A stretch of 64,000 nucleotides of DNA from Kiritimatiellia bacterium (GTDB taxonomy: Bacteria > Verrucomicrobiota > Kiritimatiellia > JAAZAB01), in contig JBMNRV010000001.1 in the NCBI GenBank assembly GCA_050944835.1, positions 31,212 to 95,211 of the forward strand, read 5' to 3'. Shown piece by piece: positions 45,221 through 54,794 of the stretch. Made by a program: the position numbers and the translations under genes. Position 1 is the stretch's first letter. The number at the start of each line of letters is the position of its first letter. The notes below the pieces were generated by a model, which made no database searches, was not told the origin of the DNA, and was given only the letters and a program-made list of their open reading frames with translations.

Positions 45221-45301
45221 TACATCGCACTACATGTCGAAAGTTGAATAAAATATAATAAATGCCGCCGGAGTCAAATTAAATCTGCATCGCCCGCAAA
45301 T

Positions 45302-46744
45302 TTACTTCAGTGGGATTACAATGAAGCGGGATGATTGCTGATCGCGCACGAGCACCAGCAGCATACTGGATTGCGCGGACTGTGTCAGCGCCGCGTTGAA
45401 TTCTTCTACATTGTTTACCTCGCGGTGGTTGACCGCAGTGATCAGGTGTCCGGGCTGGATACCGGCTTGGGCCGCCGGACTGTCGGGCCGGACGCGCGTT
45501 ACCAGCACACCGTTGTCGGTGTAGCCGAAACGCTGCGCCCACTGCGGCGTCAGGTCTTCCACTGCCAAACCGATTTTTTCGCTGATCGCGGTCGGCGATA
45601 GCGGCGTTCCCGCCCCGCCTTCCTGGCTGCCGACTTTCACTTTGAGTTCGATGCGCTTTTCGTCACGCCAGATGGTCAGATTAATAACAGTGCCCGGCGC
45701 CGTCATAGCAATCATATTACGGAAAGCTCCGGTGCCGTCCACGCTTTTGCCGTTTGTTTCGAGAACGATGTCACCGATACGGATACCGGCATTTTCGGCG
45801 GCGGCCCCCTTACTCACACCGGATATCAGCACCCCGCGCGACTGTGGGCACTTGAACTGTTCGGCCAGCTCAGGCGTCAAATCCTGAATGATCACACCCA
45901 GAAAGCCGCGGGTTATTGTGCCACCGGTCATCAACTGCTCTTTGATTTTCATCGCCATATTGATCGGAATGGAAAAACCGATGCCCAGCGAGCCGCCCAT
46001 CTGGCTGAAAATGGCGGTGTTGATGCCGATGACCTTGCCTTCAATGTTTAGTAACGGGCCGCCTGAATTGCCAGGGTTGATAGCAGCGTCGGTTTGGATG
46101 AAATCCTCGTAGTCGGTGATACCAATGTTGTTACGCCCCTTGGCGCTTACTACACCGACGGTCAGTGTTTCGGAGAACCCGAATGGATTTCCTATCGCGA
46201 TGACCCATTCTCCAATCTCAATTGCGTCGGAATCACCGATCGGCAACACTGGGAAATCATCGCCCGCGATTTTCACCAGCGCGACTTCCGAGCGCGGGTC
46301 ACTGCCTACAAGTTCGGCCTGAAACTCGCGCCCATCGTGCGTCCGCACGGTAATGCGGTCGGCATCGCCAACAATATGGTTGTTCGTCAGGATATAGCCG
46401 TCCTTAGTGACAATAAACCCGGTCCCCGTGCCTGTTTGGCGTAAACGCTGTTCCGGCGCCGGCATTTGTCGCTGCCGAATCCCGAAAAGCTGTTCCAGTA
46501 ATTCGTTTGGGTCTAACCCATGCGGCAGACCGGCAGGCTGGGTCACGGTCTTTTCCACACGGATAAACACTACTGCTGGCATAGCTTGGCGCGCAACGGC
46601 GGCAAAGGCTTTGGATGTCTGACGTAACGCCTGTGTTTCCTGCGAAAGCTCCTGCGTCGTCGCGACGCATTCTGGAACCGGGGTTGCCGACAATAAGATG
46701 GCTGTCATAAGGATGGCAATGGGAAGATTAATTGATGTTTTCAT
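45302..46744 (-). CDS. htrA: periplasmic serine endoprotease, DegP/HtrA (Do) family, two PDZ domains
   Basis: The ATG at 46744 gives a signal peptide, MKTSINLPIAILMTAILLSA. Also TNNHIV, DSDAIEIGEW and GNSGGPLLN catalytic motifs. Confidence 0.9.
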   Translation of the reverse strand: MKTSINLPIAILMTAILLSATPVPECVATTQELSQETQALRQTSKAFAAVARQAMPAVVFIRVEKTVTQPAGLPHGLDPNELLEQLFGIRQRQMPAPEQRLRQTGTGTGFIVTKDGYILTNNHIVGDADRITVRTHDGREFQAELVGSDPRSEVALVKIAGDDFPVLPIGDSDAIEIGEWVIAIGNPFGFSETLTVGVVSAKGRNNIGITDYEDFIQTDAAINPGNSGGPLLNIEGKVIGINTAIFSQMGGSLGIGFSIPINMAMKIKEQLMTGGTITRGFLGVIIQDLTPELAEQFKCPQSRGVLISGVSKGAAAENAGIRIGDIVLETNGKSVDGTGAFRNMIAMTAPGTVINLTIWRDEKRIELKVKVGSQEGGAGTPLSPTAISEKIGLAVEDLTPQWAQRFGYTDNGVLVTRVRPDSPAAQAGIQPGHLITAVNHREVNNVEEFNAALTQSAQSSMLLVLVRDQQSSRFIVIPLK

Positions 46745-46883
46745 AATATCTCCGAATGTTTGTTGAATGCAAAATGCAGCAAATATCGCCAGAATCGCCA
46801 GATAGGCGTTGTGACGGCATCTCTGGAAGAGACAAAAAGCAATTTTAATCAAAAAGCCGTTTTGTGCAACACAAAACAGTGGG

Positions 46884-47496
46884 TCTAAAACTGCGACAGT
46901 TGGCAAGTTTGTAGCAGATGCGCGGCACGACGGAGGGGAGAACCACGGATGAACACTGATTAACACTGATGGTCGCACGGAGGAGGAGAACCGGTTGACG
47001 CAGATGGTGAAAGGGAGCCCTTGTAAGGGCGTGACAGAGGCAGTGAGGAACACGGATTAGTACACGAAGGGGCGGAGAACACGGAGGTGCGAGCCGCACT
47101 GGCAAGGACGGAAAGAAATTAGCCACAAAAATGCACACAATGCACACAAAGAAAAAGCTACAGAAAAAGAGAAAGTTTGTTGGGCTGGAGTGGCAGGCTG
47201 CGCTGTCCGCTATGCGGACATGGATCAGTGGACACCCGGATACACGAATTAATTCGCGTATAAGGGTGTCAGCCGATCCGCCAGACCGGCAAATGCCGGT
47301 CAGCGCAGCATGCGTTCGTGTTCTGAAAAAACTTGTGAATCTTGGTGCTAATTATCCGGGATCTGCGTCAATCTGCGGTTTCTTTCTTGGCGTCCTTGGC
47401 GGTTCAATCTTATCAGTGTCCATCCATGTTCATCCGTGGTTCCTCTGGGCCTCAACATTTTATCTCGTTTCCTGAATTTCAAATGCCGTTTTTAGG
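46884..47496. mobile_element. mosaic palindromic element, full-length copy R-g (A end, D core +, B end)
   Basis: TCTAAAACTGCGACAGTTGGCAAG ... CAACATTTTATCTCGTTTCCTGAATTTCAAATGCCGTTTTTAGG. Confidence 0.8.
47202..47315 (+). repeat. D module copy 2
   Basis: GCTGTCCGCTATGCGGACATGGATCAGTGGACACCCGGATACACGAATTAATTCGCGTATAAGGGTGTCAGCCGATCCGCCAGACCGGCAAATGCCGGTCAGCGCAGCATGCGT. Confidence 0.85.
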
Positions 47497-47570
47497 TGAG
47501 CCTTTTACGGGTATGCCTGAAAGTGGAAAAGTGGTTTTCTGAATTAGCCCACAACGCCCTTTCAGGGCAA

Positions 47571-47639
47571 CGCCAGACCCGAATTTAATCCGCTCGGTCT
47601 GATTTTTATGGAATGACAGAATTTTTTAGAAAAGTCCGC
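47571..47639. repeat. short repeat module (same family as 27567-27635, opposite orientation)
   Basis: CGCCAGACCCGAATTTAATCCGCTCGGTCTGATTTTTATGGAATGACAGAATTTTTTAGAAAAGTCCGC. Confidence 0.8.
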
Positions 47640-47918
47640 ACTCTAAAAACGCTTGTGATTTCACTGATAAAATATTATCCTGACAAGAATTATGTAAATA
47701 TTCATCCTATGAGATGACACTAATTTTACGGCAAGGTGGATATGGGCGGCCATGAAACCATATCCCGCGACACAATATTTAGCTTGCGCTGATTGGAAAA
47801 TTTATGCGTATGGCAATGGGTCAGCATTACATAATGTTTCAGGTTTGAGTTGTTCGTAAAAGGGATAATAACCAAGCGCCGGCGCGAAAAGCGCTGCGCT
47901 TAAATAACAGGTCAATCC

Positions 47919-48770
47919 ATGCAAATATCGGAATTGCGCCAAAAACTGCGGCCACCATGTCCGGTGATTGATTTCCATGTCCACCCGTGGAGCGGCGTGG
48001 GGGTAATTATGGCCGAAACGCCGGAGGCGAATGCGCGGCTGTTTTTGCAGGCGGCGGATGCCGCCGGCATCACCCAAATGGTGGTGCATGACGTTGGCAT
48101 TGACCATCAGGCAAATCCCGCCCCCAAGGATTTGACGCAGATCAATGATTTATTACTGCGCGTGTGTTCGGTCAACCCCGACCGGTTTATTCCGTTTGCC
48201 TACCTCAATCCGGGCTATCCGGAAGAATCGTTGCGCGAGCTGGATCGTTGCGTTGCGCACGGTATGCGTGGCATAAAATTATGGATTGGCCGCCGTATCA
48301 ATTATGCCGGCGCTATCTTGATTGCGCGCCGCGCGGCGGAATTGCGTCTGCCGATAGTTCAGCATTGCTCTGACCGGCCCGGTGGTAATCTGCCTGGCGA
48401 GACATCTCCGGCGGATGCAGCGGAATTAGCCGGACTATGCCCGGAGGTGACCATTGTTCTGGCACATCTGAACAATATCGGCTTGCGCGGCATAGAGGTG
48501 ATTCGACCGTACTCCAACATATTGGTGGACACATCCGGGGGCGACCCGCTGGCGGGATTCGTCCGCACTGCCATTGATCGGCTGGGTGTCTCACGCGTGG
48601 TGTTCGGTTCTGACATGCCGTGCCGGTGTTTTGGTGGGCAGTTAGGCAAAGCGCTAAATGGGGATTTGAGCTTGGATGAAATGGCTGACGTCTTGCATCG
48701 CAATGCAGAGAGGCTGCTAAAGCGGAGAGAGGGAAGAACCACAGTGGGGAGGGACCACTCGACACACTGA
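47919..48770 (+). CDS. metal-dependent TIM-barrel amidohydrolase (Amidohydro_2-like)
   Basis: VIDFHVHPW, GIKLW, LPIVQHC, VVFGSDMP motifs. Confidence 0.65.
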   Translation: MQISELRQKLRPPCPVIDFHVHPWSGVGVIMAETPEANARLFLQAADAAGITQMVVHDVGIDHQANPAPKDLTQINDLLLRVCSVNPDRFIPFAYLNPGYPEESLRELDRCVAHGMRGIKLWIGRRINYAGAILIARRAAELRLPIVQHCSDRPGGNLPGETSPADAAELAGLCPEVTIVLAHLNNIGLRGIEVIRPYSNILVDTSGGDPLAGFVRTAIDRLGVSRVVFGSDMPCRCFGGQLGKALNGDLSLDEMADVLHRNAERLLKRREGRTTVGRDHSTH

Positions 48771-48789
48771 TGGACACGGATGACACTGC

Positions 48790-49545
48790 ATGAAAATAAT
48801 TGATATTAGCTGTTTTTATGGACCTTGGGCGGCCTATCCGGTCAAGGGGGATATAGCGGAAGTTGCCGCCGAATTGCGGCGCTTTGGCATAACCTGTGGT
48901 TTAATCAGTCCATTGGCGACGGTGTGGTGCCGTAATCCGCAGGCATATAACCGTGAGTTACTCGAAGTAACTCGTCCGCATAGCGGTTTAATGCCCGTGC
49001 CGGCGCTTGATCCCAGTATTCCGACTTGGCGGGAAGAAGTTGAAACCATGCGTCGCGATACGCGTGTAGTGGCTTTCCGGGTGTTTTTGAATTATACGCG
49101 GTTTGACTTGGGGCGCCGTGATACGTTGGATGACTTCTTTGGATATTTCAATCAAATCGGTGTGCCGCTGATCATTCAGCGCCGGATGGAAGATCCGCGG
49201 TACAACCATCACAAGGCGGTAGTCGCGGACGCGGATGTCAATTACCTGCAGGAGACCGCCATGCGGTTCCCGGAGTTGAAATTGATTCTGGGAGGTATGT
49301 CGGCCGGGGTTAACGCCGCACGGGCGCTGGCGCATGCCGGAATATATTTGGACACGGCGCAAATGGACAGTATGGCCTGTATCCGCCGCCAAATTGATGC
49401 CGGGTTGCTTCCGCGTCTGTTATTCGGTACGCATGTGCCATTATTTGAAACCTATGCCGCTTTCGGGCGCGTGTTGCATGATGTGTCCGATTCAGAGGCG
49501 GAGCAGATTCTTTACGGCAATGCCGCACGCTTGTTCGGTCTTTGA
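48790..49545 (+). CDS. amidohydrolase-related protein (lacks the N-terminal HxH)
   Basis: MKIIDISCFYGPW and LLFGTHVPLF. It forms an adjacent pair with the previous gene. Confidence 0.55.
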   Translation: MKIIDISCFYGPWAAYPVKGDIAEVAAELRRFGITCGLISPLATVWCRNPQAYNRELLEVTRPHSGLMPVPALDPSIPTWREEVETMRRDTRVVAFRVFLNYTRFDLGRRDTLDDFFGYFNQIGVPLIIQRRMEDPRYNHHKAVVADADVNYLQETAMRFPELKLILGGMSAGVNAARALAHAGIYLDTAQMDSMACIRRQIDAGLLPRLLFGTHVPLFETYAAFGRVLHDVSDSEAEQILYGNAARLFGL

Positions 49546-49588
49546 AGGGTAGGGGGTGTCAGCCGCTATTTACAGGGCGAGCTAAGGC

Positions 49589-49665
49589 TGGTCGGAGCGG
49601 CGGGATTTGAACCCGCGACCTTTTGCACCCCAAGCAAACGCGCTACCAGTCTGCGCTACGCCCCG
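49589..49665 (-). tRNA. tRNA-Pro (anticodon GGG), CCA encoded
   Basis: CGGGGCG TA GCGC AGACTGGTA GCGC G TTTGC TTGGGGT GCAAA AGGTC GCGGG TTCAAAT CCCGC CGCTCCG A CCA. Confidence 0.9.
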
Positions 49666-49721
49666 ACATCCAGAAGGCATATCCTATCACTACATGGTAA
49701 TCCGGTCAACGGCGAAAACGC

Positions 49722-50311
49722 CCTAAAACGGCATTTGAAATTCAGGAAACGAGATAAAGTGTTGGAACCGCAGATTTACGCAGATTGGCGCAGATTGTGA
49801 GAGGGATACGCGGAGAAGAGGAACTACGGATGTACACGGATGTAGGAAATGAAACCGCAGATGAACGCAGATTGACGCAGATGAGGATGGAAAGAACCAC
49901 GGATTCACACGGATGGACACGGATTAGGGAAAAGATCATCTATAAATGCCACGCTGTCCGCTATGCGGGCTTGGATCGGTGGACACCCGGATACACGAAT
50001 GAATTCGCGTATCAGGGTGTCAGCCGATCCGTCAGACCGGCAGATGCCGGTCTGCGCAGCATGCGTGGTTAATCCATTTCCTAATACGTATCTACTATCC
50101 ATCCAGTTCTTTCCTCCGTGTTCTCTGCGTCTCCGTGTGAGCTTCTCCGCCTCTGCGTCCATCTGCGTAATCTGCGGTTTTATTCTTCGTCTGTTTTTTG
50201 GCATTCTTGGGCAGTTTAAACCAAATCCGTGTTAATCCGTGTTCATCCGTGGTTCTCCCCTCCGTCGCGCCGCGCATCTGCGACAAACTTGCCAACTGCC
50301 GCAGTTTTAGG
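49722..50311. mobile_element. mosaic palindromic element, full-length copy R-h (B end left, D core +, A end right)
   Basis: CCTAAAACGGCATTTGAAATTCAGGAAACGAGATAAAGTGTTGG ... GCGCATCTGCGACAAACTTGCCAACTGCCGCAGTTTTAGG. Confidence 0.8.
49953..50066 (+). repeat. D module copy 3
   Basis: Has the same three hairpins; the third stem is extended to 9 bp (CAGACCGGC-AGAT-GCCGGTCTG). Confidence 0.85.
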
Positions 50312-50393
50312 CGCTTCAGCTTAAAAAGATCCCTAAAAAACAATTGCAAAATCGCTATGTTGCGCTATTCTTTGCGGAAAACATTTAATTCGG

Positions 50394-51401
50394 ATGGGTA
50401 TGAAAACCAAATTGAAACTCAAAGGGCGCAGCTTGCTGAAACTGGCTGACCTCTCAACTGATGAGATGCTTGGCTTGTTGGATTTGGCGGATCAATTGAA
50501 GCGCATGAAGTCTTTGGGCATACGCGGCGACCGCCTGAGCCGCATGAGTATTGCCTTGGTTTTCGAAAAGGCATCTACCCGCACCAGATCGGCTTTTACC
50601 GTCGCTGCGGCGGATGAGGGTGGTAGCGCGGCGTACCTCAGCTCCCGTGATATTCATTTCGGCAGCAAGGAGTCTATTAAGGATAGCGCGCGGGTGCTGG
50701 GGCGGATGTATGATGGCATCCAGTTCCGTGGGTTTAAGCAGGAAACGGTGGAAATTCTGGCACGCTATGCAGGTGTGCCGGTGTGGAACGGTTTGACGGA
50801 CGAATTCCATCCGACCCAGGCGCTGGCGGATTTGATGACCATTCGCGAATACTTCCGTGTGCTGAAGGGTATCAAGGTGGTTTTTATCGGTGATGGGCGC
50901 AATAACGTATGCACTTCGTTGATGACAGGTTGTGCCATGGCTGGGGCGCATTTCGTGGATTGTACCCCAAAAGAGCTTGTGCCAGGTGAAGGCATCCTTG
51001 CGGAAGCGCGCCGGTTGGCCGGCGCCAATGATGCGACGGTGACGATATCCCATGACCCGTCAGAAGCTGTACGTGGAGCAAATGTAATCTATACCGACGT
51101 CTGGGTTTCCATGGGCGAGGAGGGACAGTTTCAGGAGCGTTGCCGGCTGTTAATGCCTTATCAGGTTAATATGCCGCTGATGCGCCAAACCGGTAATTTG
51201 GAGAATAACAGCGTGATTTTCCTGCATTGCCTACCGGCTTTGCATAATCACGAGACGGAGTTAACTCGCGAGACTGGCGCTTTGGAGGTGACGGAGGATG
51301 TGTTTGAGGCGCCTTTTTCGAGGGTATTTGACCAGTCGGAGAACCGCTTGCATACCATTAAAGCGGTGATGGTGGCAACATTGACGGACCTGGAGGAATA
51401 A
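50394..51401 (+). CDS. argF: ornithine carbamoyltransferase
   Basis: EKASTRTRSAF, HPTQALADL and FLHCLPA motifs. Confidence 0.9.
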   Translation: MGMKTKLKLKGRSLLKLADLSTDEMLGLLDLADQLKRMKSLGIRGDRLSRMSIALVFEKASTRTRSAFTVAAADEGGSAAYLSSRDIHFGSKESIKDSARVLGRMYDGIQFRGFKQETVEILARYAGVPVWNGLTDEFHPTQALADLMTIREYFRVLKGIKVVFIGDGRNNVCTSLMTGCAMAGAHFVDCTPKELVPGEGILAEARRLAGANDATVTISHDPSEAVRGANVIYTDVWVSMGEEGQFQERCRLLMPYQVNMPLMRQTGNLENNSVIFLHCLPALHNHETELTRETGALEVTEDVFEAPFSRVFDQSENRLHTIKAVMVATLTDLEE

Positions 51402-52484
51402 ATGAGCCGAGGCGGCAATGATACTAAGAATCTCACCTGGGAACAATTGGAGCAAATGCATCTTTGCGATAAGGCACGTCTGTTTGACCGCGATGGACGG
51501 CTGTTTCATTTGTTACTGGCGCAGCAATTCACACGCCCCATACTGGAAGAATTATGCGCGTTGGCAACGCGTATCAGATATATTGCCAAAACCAAAACCG
51601 GCATGGACTTCCTGCGCGCGCAGCTTTCTCATAAGACCGCTATGTTGTATTTCACCCAGCCGAGTTCGCGCACATTTCTTTCTTTCCACTCCGCTTGTCA
51701 GATGCTGGGGATGAAGACTGTAGAAGTGCGCGATAAAGCCACCTCCAGTGAGCTAAAGGGCGAAACCCAGGAGGATTCCATACGCACGTTCAGCTCTTTT
51801 GCGGATGTCATCATCATGCGCTCGGCTGTGGGCGGGCTGGCCGAAAAAATGGCTTGGGCGTTTTCACACTCGGATCGTCCGGTGCCGATCATCAATGCCG
51901 GCTCTGGCAAGGACCAGCATCCCACCCAGGCGCTGCTGGATATTTACACCCTCCAGCGTAGCTTCGAAAGGCGCGGCGGCATTGACGGTAAGACTGTGGT
52001 GTTCGTCGGCGATCTGGCGCGCGGTCGGACCGTGCGTTCGTTGGCTTATTTACTGACGAATTATAAAGGAGTGCGCCAGTATTTCATTGCGCCATCGCAA
52101 TTGCAAATTGGGCAGGATATTCTGGATTTATTGGATGATGTGGGGGTGGAATATGCCTGCGGCGATGATTTTAAAAAGGTTTTGCCGCAAGCCGATGCTG
52201 TGTATATGACGCGCATTCAGGATGAATGGGACCGCACTGCCGGTGAAAGCAGTCGCATAGACCTGACTCAGTTCTATTTCACTTCCGAACACCTGAAAAT
52301 TCTTCCGCCGCATGCGGTGATTATGCATCCGTTGCCGCGCCGTCAGGAAATTGCCGTAGAGGTTGACCGTGATCCGCGGGCTATGTATTGGCGCCAAGTG
52401 CGCAATGGCATGTGGGCGCGCACGGCGCTGTTGGCGGTTATCTTTAATTGCGCCGGCCCGATACATGAGTATCACGGCGCCTGA
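51402..52484 (+). CDS. pyrB: aspartate carbamoyltransferase catalytic subunit (long N-terminus)
   Basis: QPSSRTFLSF, HPTQALLDIYT and MHPLPR motifs. The ATG directly follows the argF stop. Confidence 0.85.
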   Translation: MSRGGNDTKNLTWEQLEQMHLCDKARLFDRDGRLFHLLLAQQFTRPILEELCALATRIRYIAKTKTGMDFLRAQLSHKTAMLYFTQPSSRTFLSFHSACQMLGMKTVEVRDKATSSELKGETQEDSIRTFSSFADVIIMRSAVGGLAEKMAWAFSHSDRPVPIINAGSGKDQHPTQALLDIYTLQRSFERRGGIDGKTVVFVGDLARGRTVRSLAYLLTNYKGVRQYFIAPSQLQIGQDILDLLDDVGVEYACGDDFKKVLPQADAVYMTRIQDEWDRTAGESSRIDLTQFYFTSEHLKILPPHAVIMHPLPRRQEIAVEVDRDPRAMYWRQVRNGMWARTALLAVIFNCAGPIHEYHGA

Positions 52485-52583
52485 GCCGCTGATCAAGCGT
52501 TGTTTTGCCCAAAGTCCAGTTTTGGGTGAGCCCGTCTGCCGCACGCTGACGGGCGTCCCTGCGGTCAACCTGTATTCGGCAGT

Positions 52584-53822
52584 CTAAATTTCTCCGGTGA
52601 TCTGTCCCGCATGTGCCAGGCTGCGGGCTTCAACAGCTTGAATCTCAATAAATCCCTGTGAGCTGACTGGGTTCAGGCCTTCGCTCTTTTCCATTGAGGA
52701 GTCGGCGGGATTGTATAACGAAGCCGGGCAATTGGTCAGTGCGCGGAAGTGGATGTTGCCCTTGTAAAGTTCAACTTCCACATCGCCGTTGGCATGTTGA
52801 GCCAGCACATCAATCGCGGCTTGTGCCGCTTGTGTTGATGGGTCGAAATAGCGTCCGTCATATATCTGATCCGCCACCAGTGCGGATAGCTGGCGAAATA
52901 GCGCGGCGGCGCGGCGATCCATCACCGCTTGGTAAACAAATGCCAGGCAACGCCCGAGCAATTCCATGCCGGGCGCCTCATATACGCCCCGGCTCTTGGT
53001 TCCGATGACCCGGTTTTCCAAGGCGTTTTTCATGCCTATGCCATGTTTTCCCCCGATGCGGTTTGCAGTTTGCATGATGGAGACGGGATTTGCTTTTTTA
53101 CCATTGATGGCCTCAGCTCGGCCTTTAACAAAGCGCACACGGAATTTTTCCGCCCGGTTAGGCGCCTCTGTCGGCCAGACCCCCATGGTTGGTTTCACGA
53201 TGGTGCAAGGCGTTTGCAGACTTTCCAAGTCTTCCGCCTCGTGCGATAACCCGGCTAAATTGGCGTCGGTTGAGTATTTTTTCCGGCCACCGACAAAAGC
53301 CGGAATGCCGTGCCGGTTAAGGTAGTCGGCCATTTCCGTGCGGCCTGGAAATTCGCGCAGCATTTCAGGGTCGCGCCATGGGGCATACACACGCATTTGC
53401 GGGGCCAATACATTGGTATAACGCTCAAACCGCACTTGGTCGTTGCCGCGTCCGGTGGCGCCGTGGGCCAGCACCGTGCAGCCGTTGCGTTGCATGGCTG
53501 GTATCAACCCGCGGACTGTTACTGCCCGGGCGATCCCGGTGCTGTTCCAGTAGCCGCCATCGTACATGGCTTGAGCTTTAAGTGTTTGGAAACAAGCTTC
53601 CGCCATCTCCTTTTTCAGGTCAACAATGATGGTGCGCACCCCGCAAGGCGCCATTTTTTTTGCCACATTGCGGATGTCGGTTTCGTCCGGCTGCCCGAGG
53701 TCGGCTGTAAAACACAAAACCTTGACGCCAGATTCCCGGAGTTTGTGGGCGATAGTACGACTGTCCAATCCGCCTGAAACGCATATACCGACTTTGGCCT
53801 TGGCGAGTTCGTGAATATTCAT
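52584..53822 (-). CDS. argG: argininosuccinate synthase
   Basis: VGICVSGGLDS N-type ATP-PPase motif; full-length resemblance at 412 aa. Confidence 0.9.
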   Translation of the reverse strand: MNIHELAKAKVGICVSGGLDSRTIAHKLRESGVKVLCFTADLGQPDETDIRNVAKKMAPCGVRTIIVDLKKEMAEACFQTLKAQAMYDGGYWNSTGIARAVTVRGLIPAMQRNGCTVLAHGATGRGNDQVRFERYTNVLAPQMRVYAPWRDPEMLREFPGRTEMADYLNRHGIPAFVGGRKKYSTDANLAGLSHEAEDLESLQTPCTIVKPTMGVWPTEAPNRAEKFRVRFVKGRAEAINGKKANPVSIMQTANRIGGKHGIGMKNALENRVIGTKSRGVYEAPGMELLGRCLAFVYQAVMDRRAAALFRQLSALVADQIYDGRYFDPSTQAAQAAIDVLAQHANGDVEVELYKGNIHFRALTNCPASLYNPADSSMEKSEGLNPVSSQGFIEIQAVEARSLAHAGQITGEI

Positions 53823-53825
53823 AAT

Positions 53826-54794
53826 TTATGTCTCCATTTTAAAGACCTGGCGGATATTGCCGCCGGTCACTTTGTTGATGGTTATATTGTCTAACCCCCA
53901 AGCGGGCAACAGTTCTTCAACCAGTTGGCGGTAAAGGCATAGAGATGGAAAGCCTGATGCATACGGTGCGTAAAGTTTTTCAACCAGCGCATGGGGCGCA
54001 TGATCGCTCTCAATCCAGTTGATTTCACCGTTTTTTAGAGCATTGCGCAGAGCTGCGACATCCGCTGCCGTCCGCAATGGCGGGTTGACTTTATACAACA
54101 GGCCCGCAGGTCCCAGCATCTGTTCCGCAGACCACAACAAGTGATGCGGAGTGACGCCGCAAGTGATAGTCAAGGGTGTGGCGTCAGCTGCTTGGCGGGC
54201 ATGACGGATGGCGTCCAGCGCCGCGGCGGATGAGACATGGCAAATGTGCAAAGTCCCGGAAAATCCCGCCTCGCATGCGCAGTTAACTTGATCGGTAATG
54301 GAAGCTGCTTCCGCTTCCGGTGGGCGGGCGTCGCCATGAGAGGCAGGCTGTGCCGGGTCAAAAACGTTACGCAATAGCGAAGGTTTTTCACAGTGTACCG
54401 CCAGAACTCCAGCAAATCCGTTCTCCGCCAATGTGTGATAAATCAGGGCTTGCTCCGCTATATCGCCGACGGTCAAAGGGCCGACGGATGGGCCGGCATA
54501 GAGTTTCAGTCCGGCGACATAGGATGGATGCGCAGTTGCCAGGGCGGCTGCCAGACGCAGTTGCGCCGGATCGGCGGTGACGCCGATGAAGGTTTTGTAA
54601 CGCCCACGCGCAGAGCTGGGGACCAAAGCCAGCCGCCGCTCCAAATCCGCCTCGGTCAGCAGTGGCGGGGTGGTATTTGGCATATCGAAAATCATATCCA
54701 CGCCCTGTTGATCGCACAGGGTGAAAACATGGGCGATGGTCTCTTTATAGGATTCGCAGCCGTCGCGGCAATGCACATGCGGATCTATTTTCAA
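53826..54794 (-). CDS. pyrC: dihydroorotase (short, E. coli-like type); start uncertain
   Basis: KIDPHVHCRDG metal-binding motif right at the N-terminus. I chose the TTG at 54794 because it overlaps the upstream stop as TTGA. The longest ORF (to 54929) would overlap the upstream gene by 139 nt. Confidence 0.7.
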   Translation of the reverse strand: MKIDPHVHCRDGCESYKETIAHVFTLCDQQGVDMIFDMPNTTPPLLTEADLERRLALVPSSARGRYKTFIGVTADPAQLRLAAALATAHPSYVAGLKLYAGPSVGPLTVGDIAEQALIYHTLAENGFAGVLAVHCEKPSLLRNVFDPAQPASHGDARPPEAEAASITDQVNCACEAGFSGTLHICHVSSAAALDAIRHARQAADATPLTITCGVTPHHLLWSAEQMLGPAGLLYKVNPPLRTAADVAALRNALKNGEINWIESDHAPHALVEKLYAPYASGFPSLCLYRQLVEELLPAWGLDNITINKVTGGNIRQVFKMET

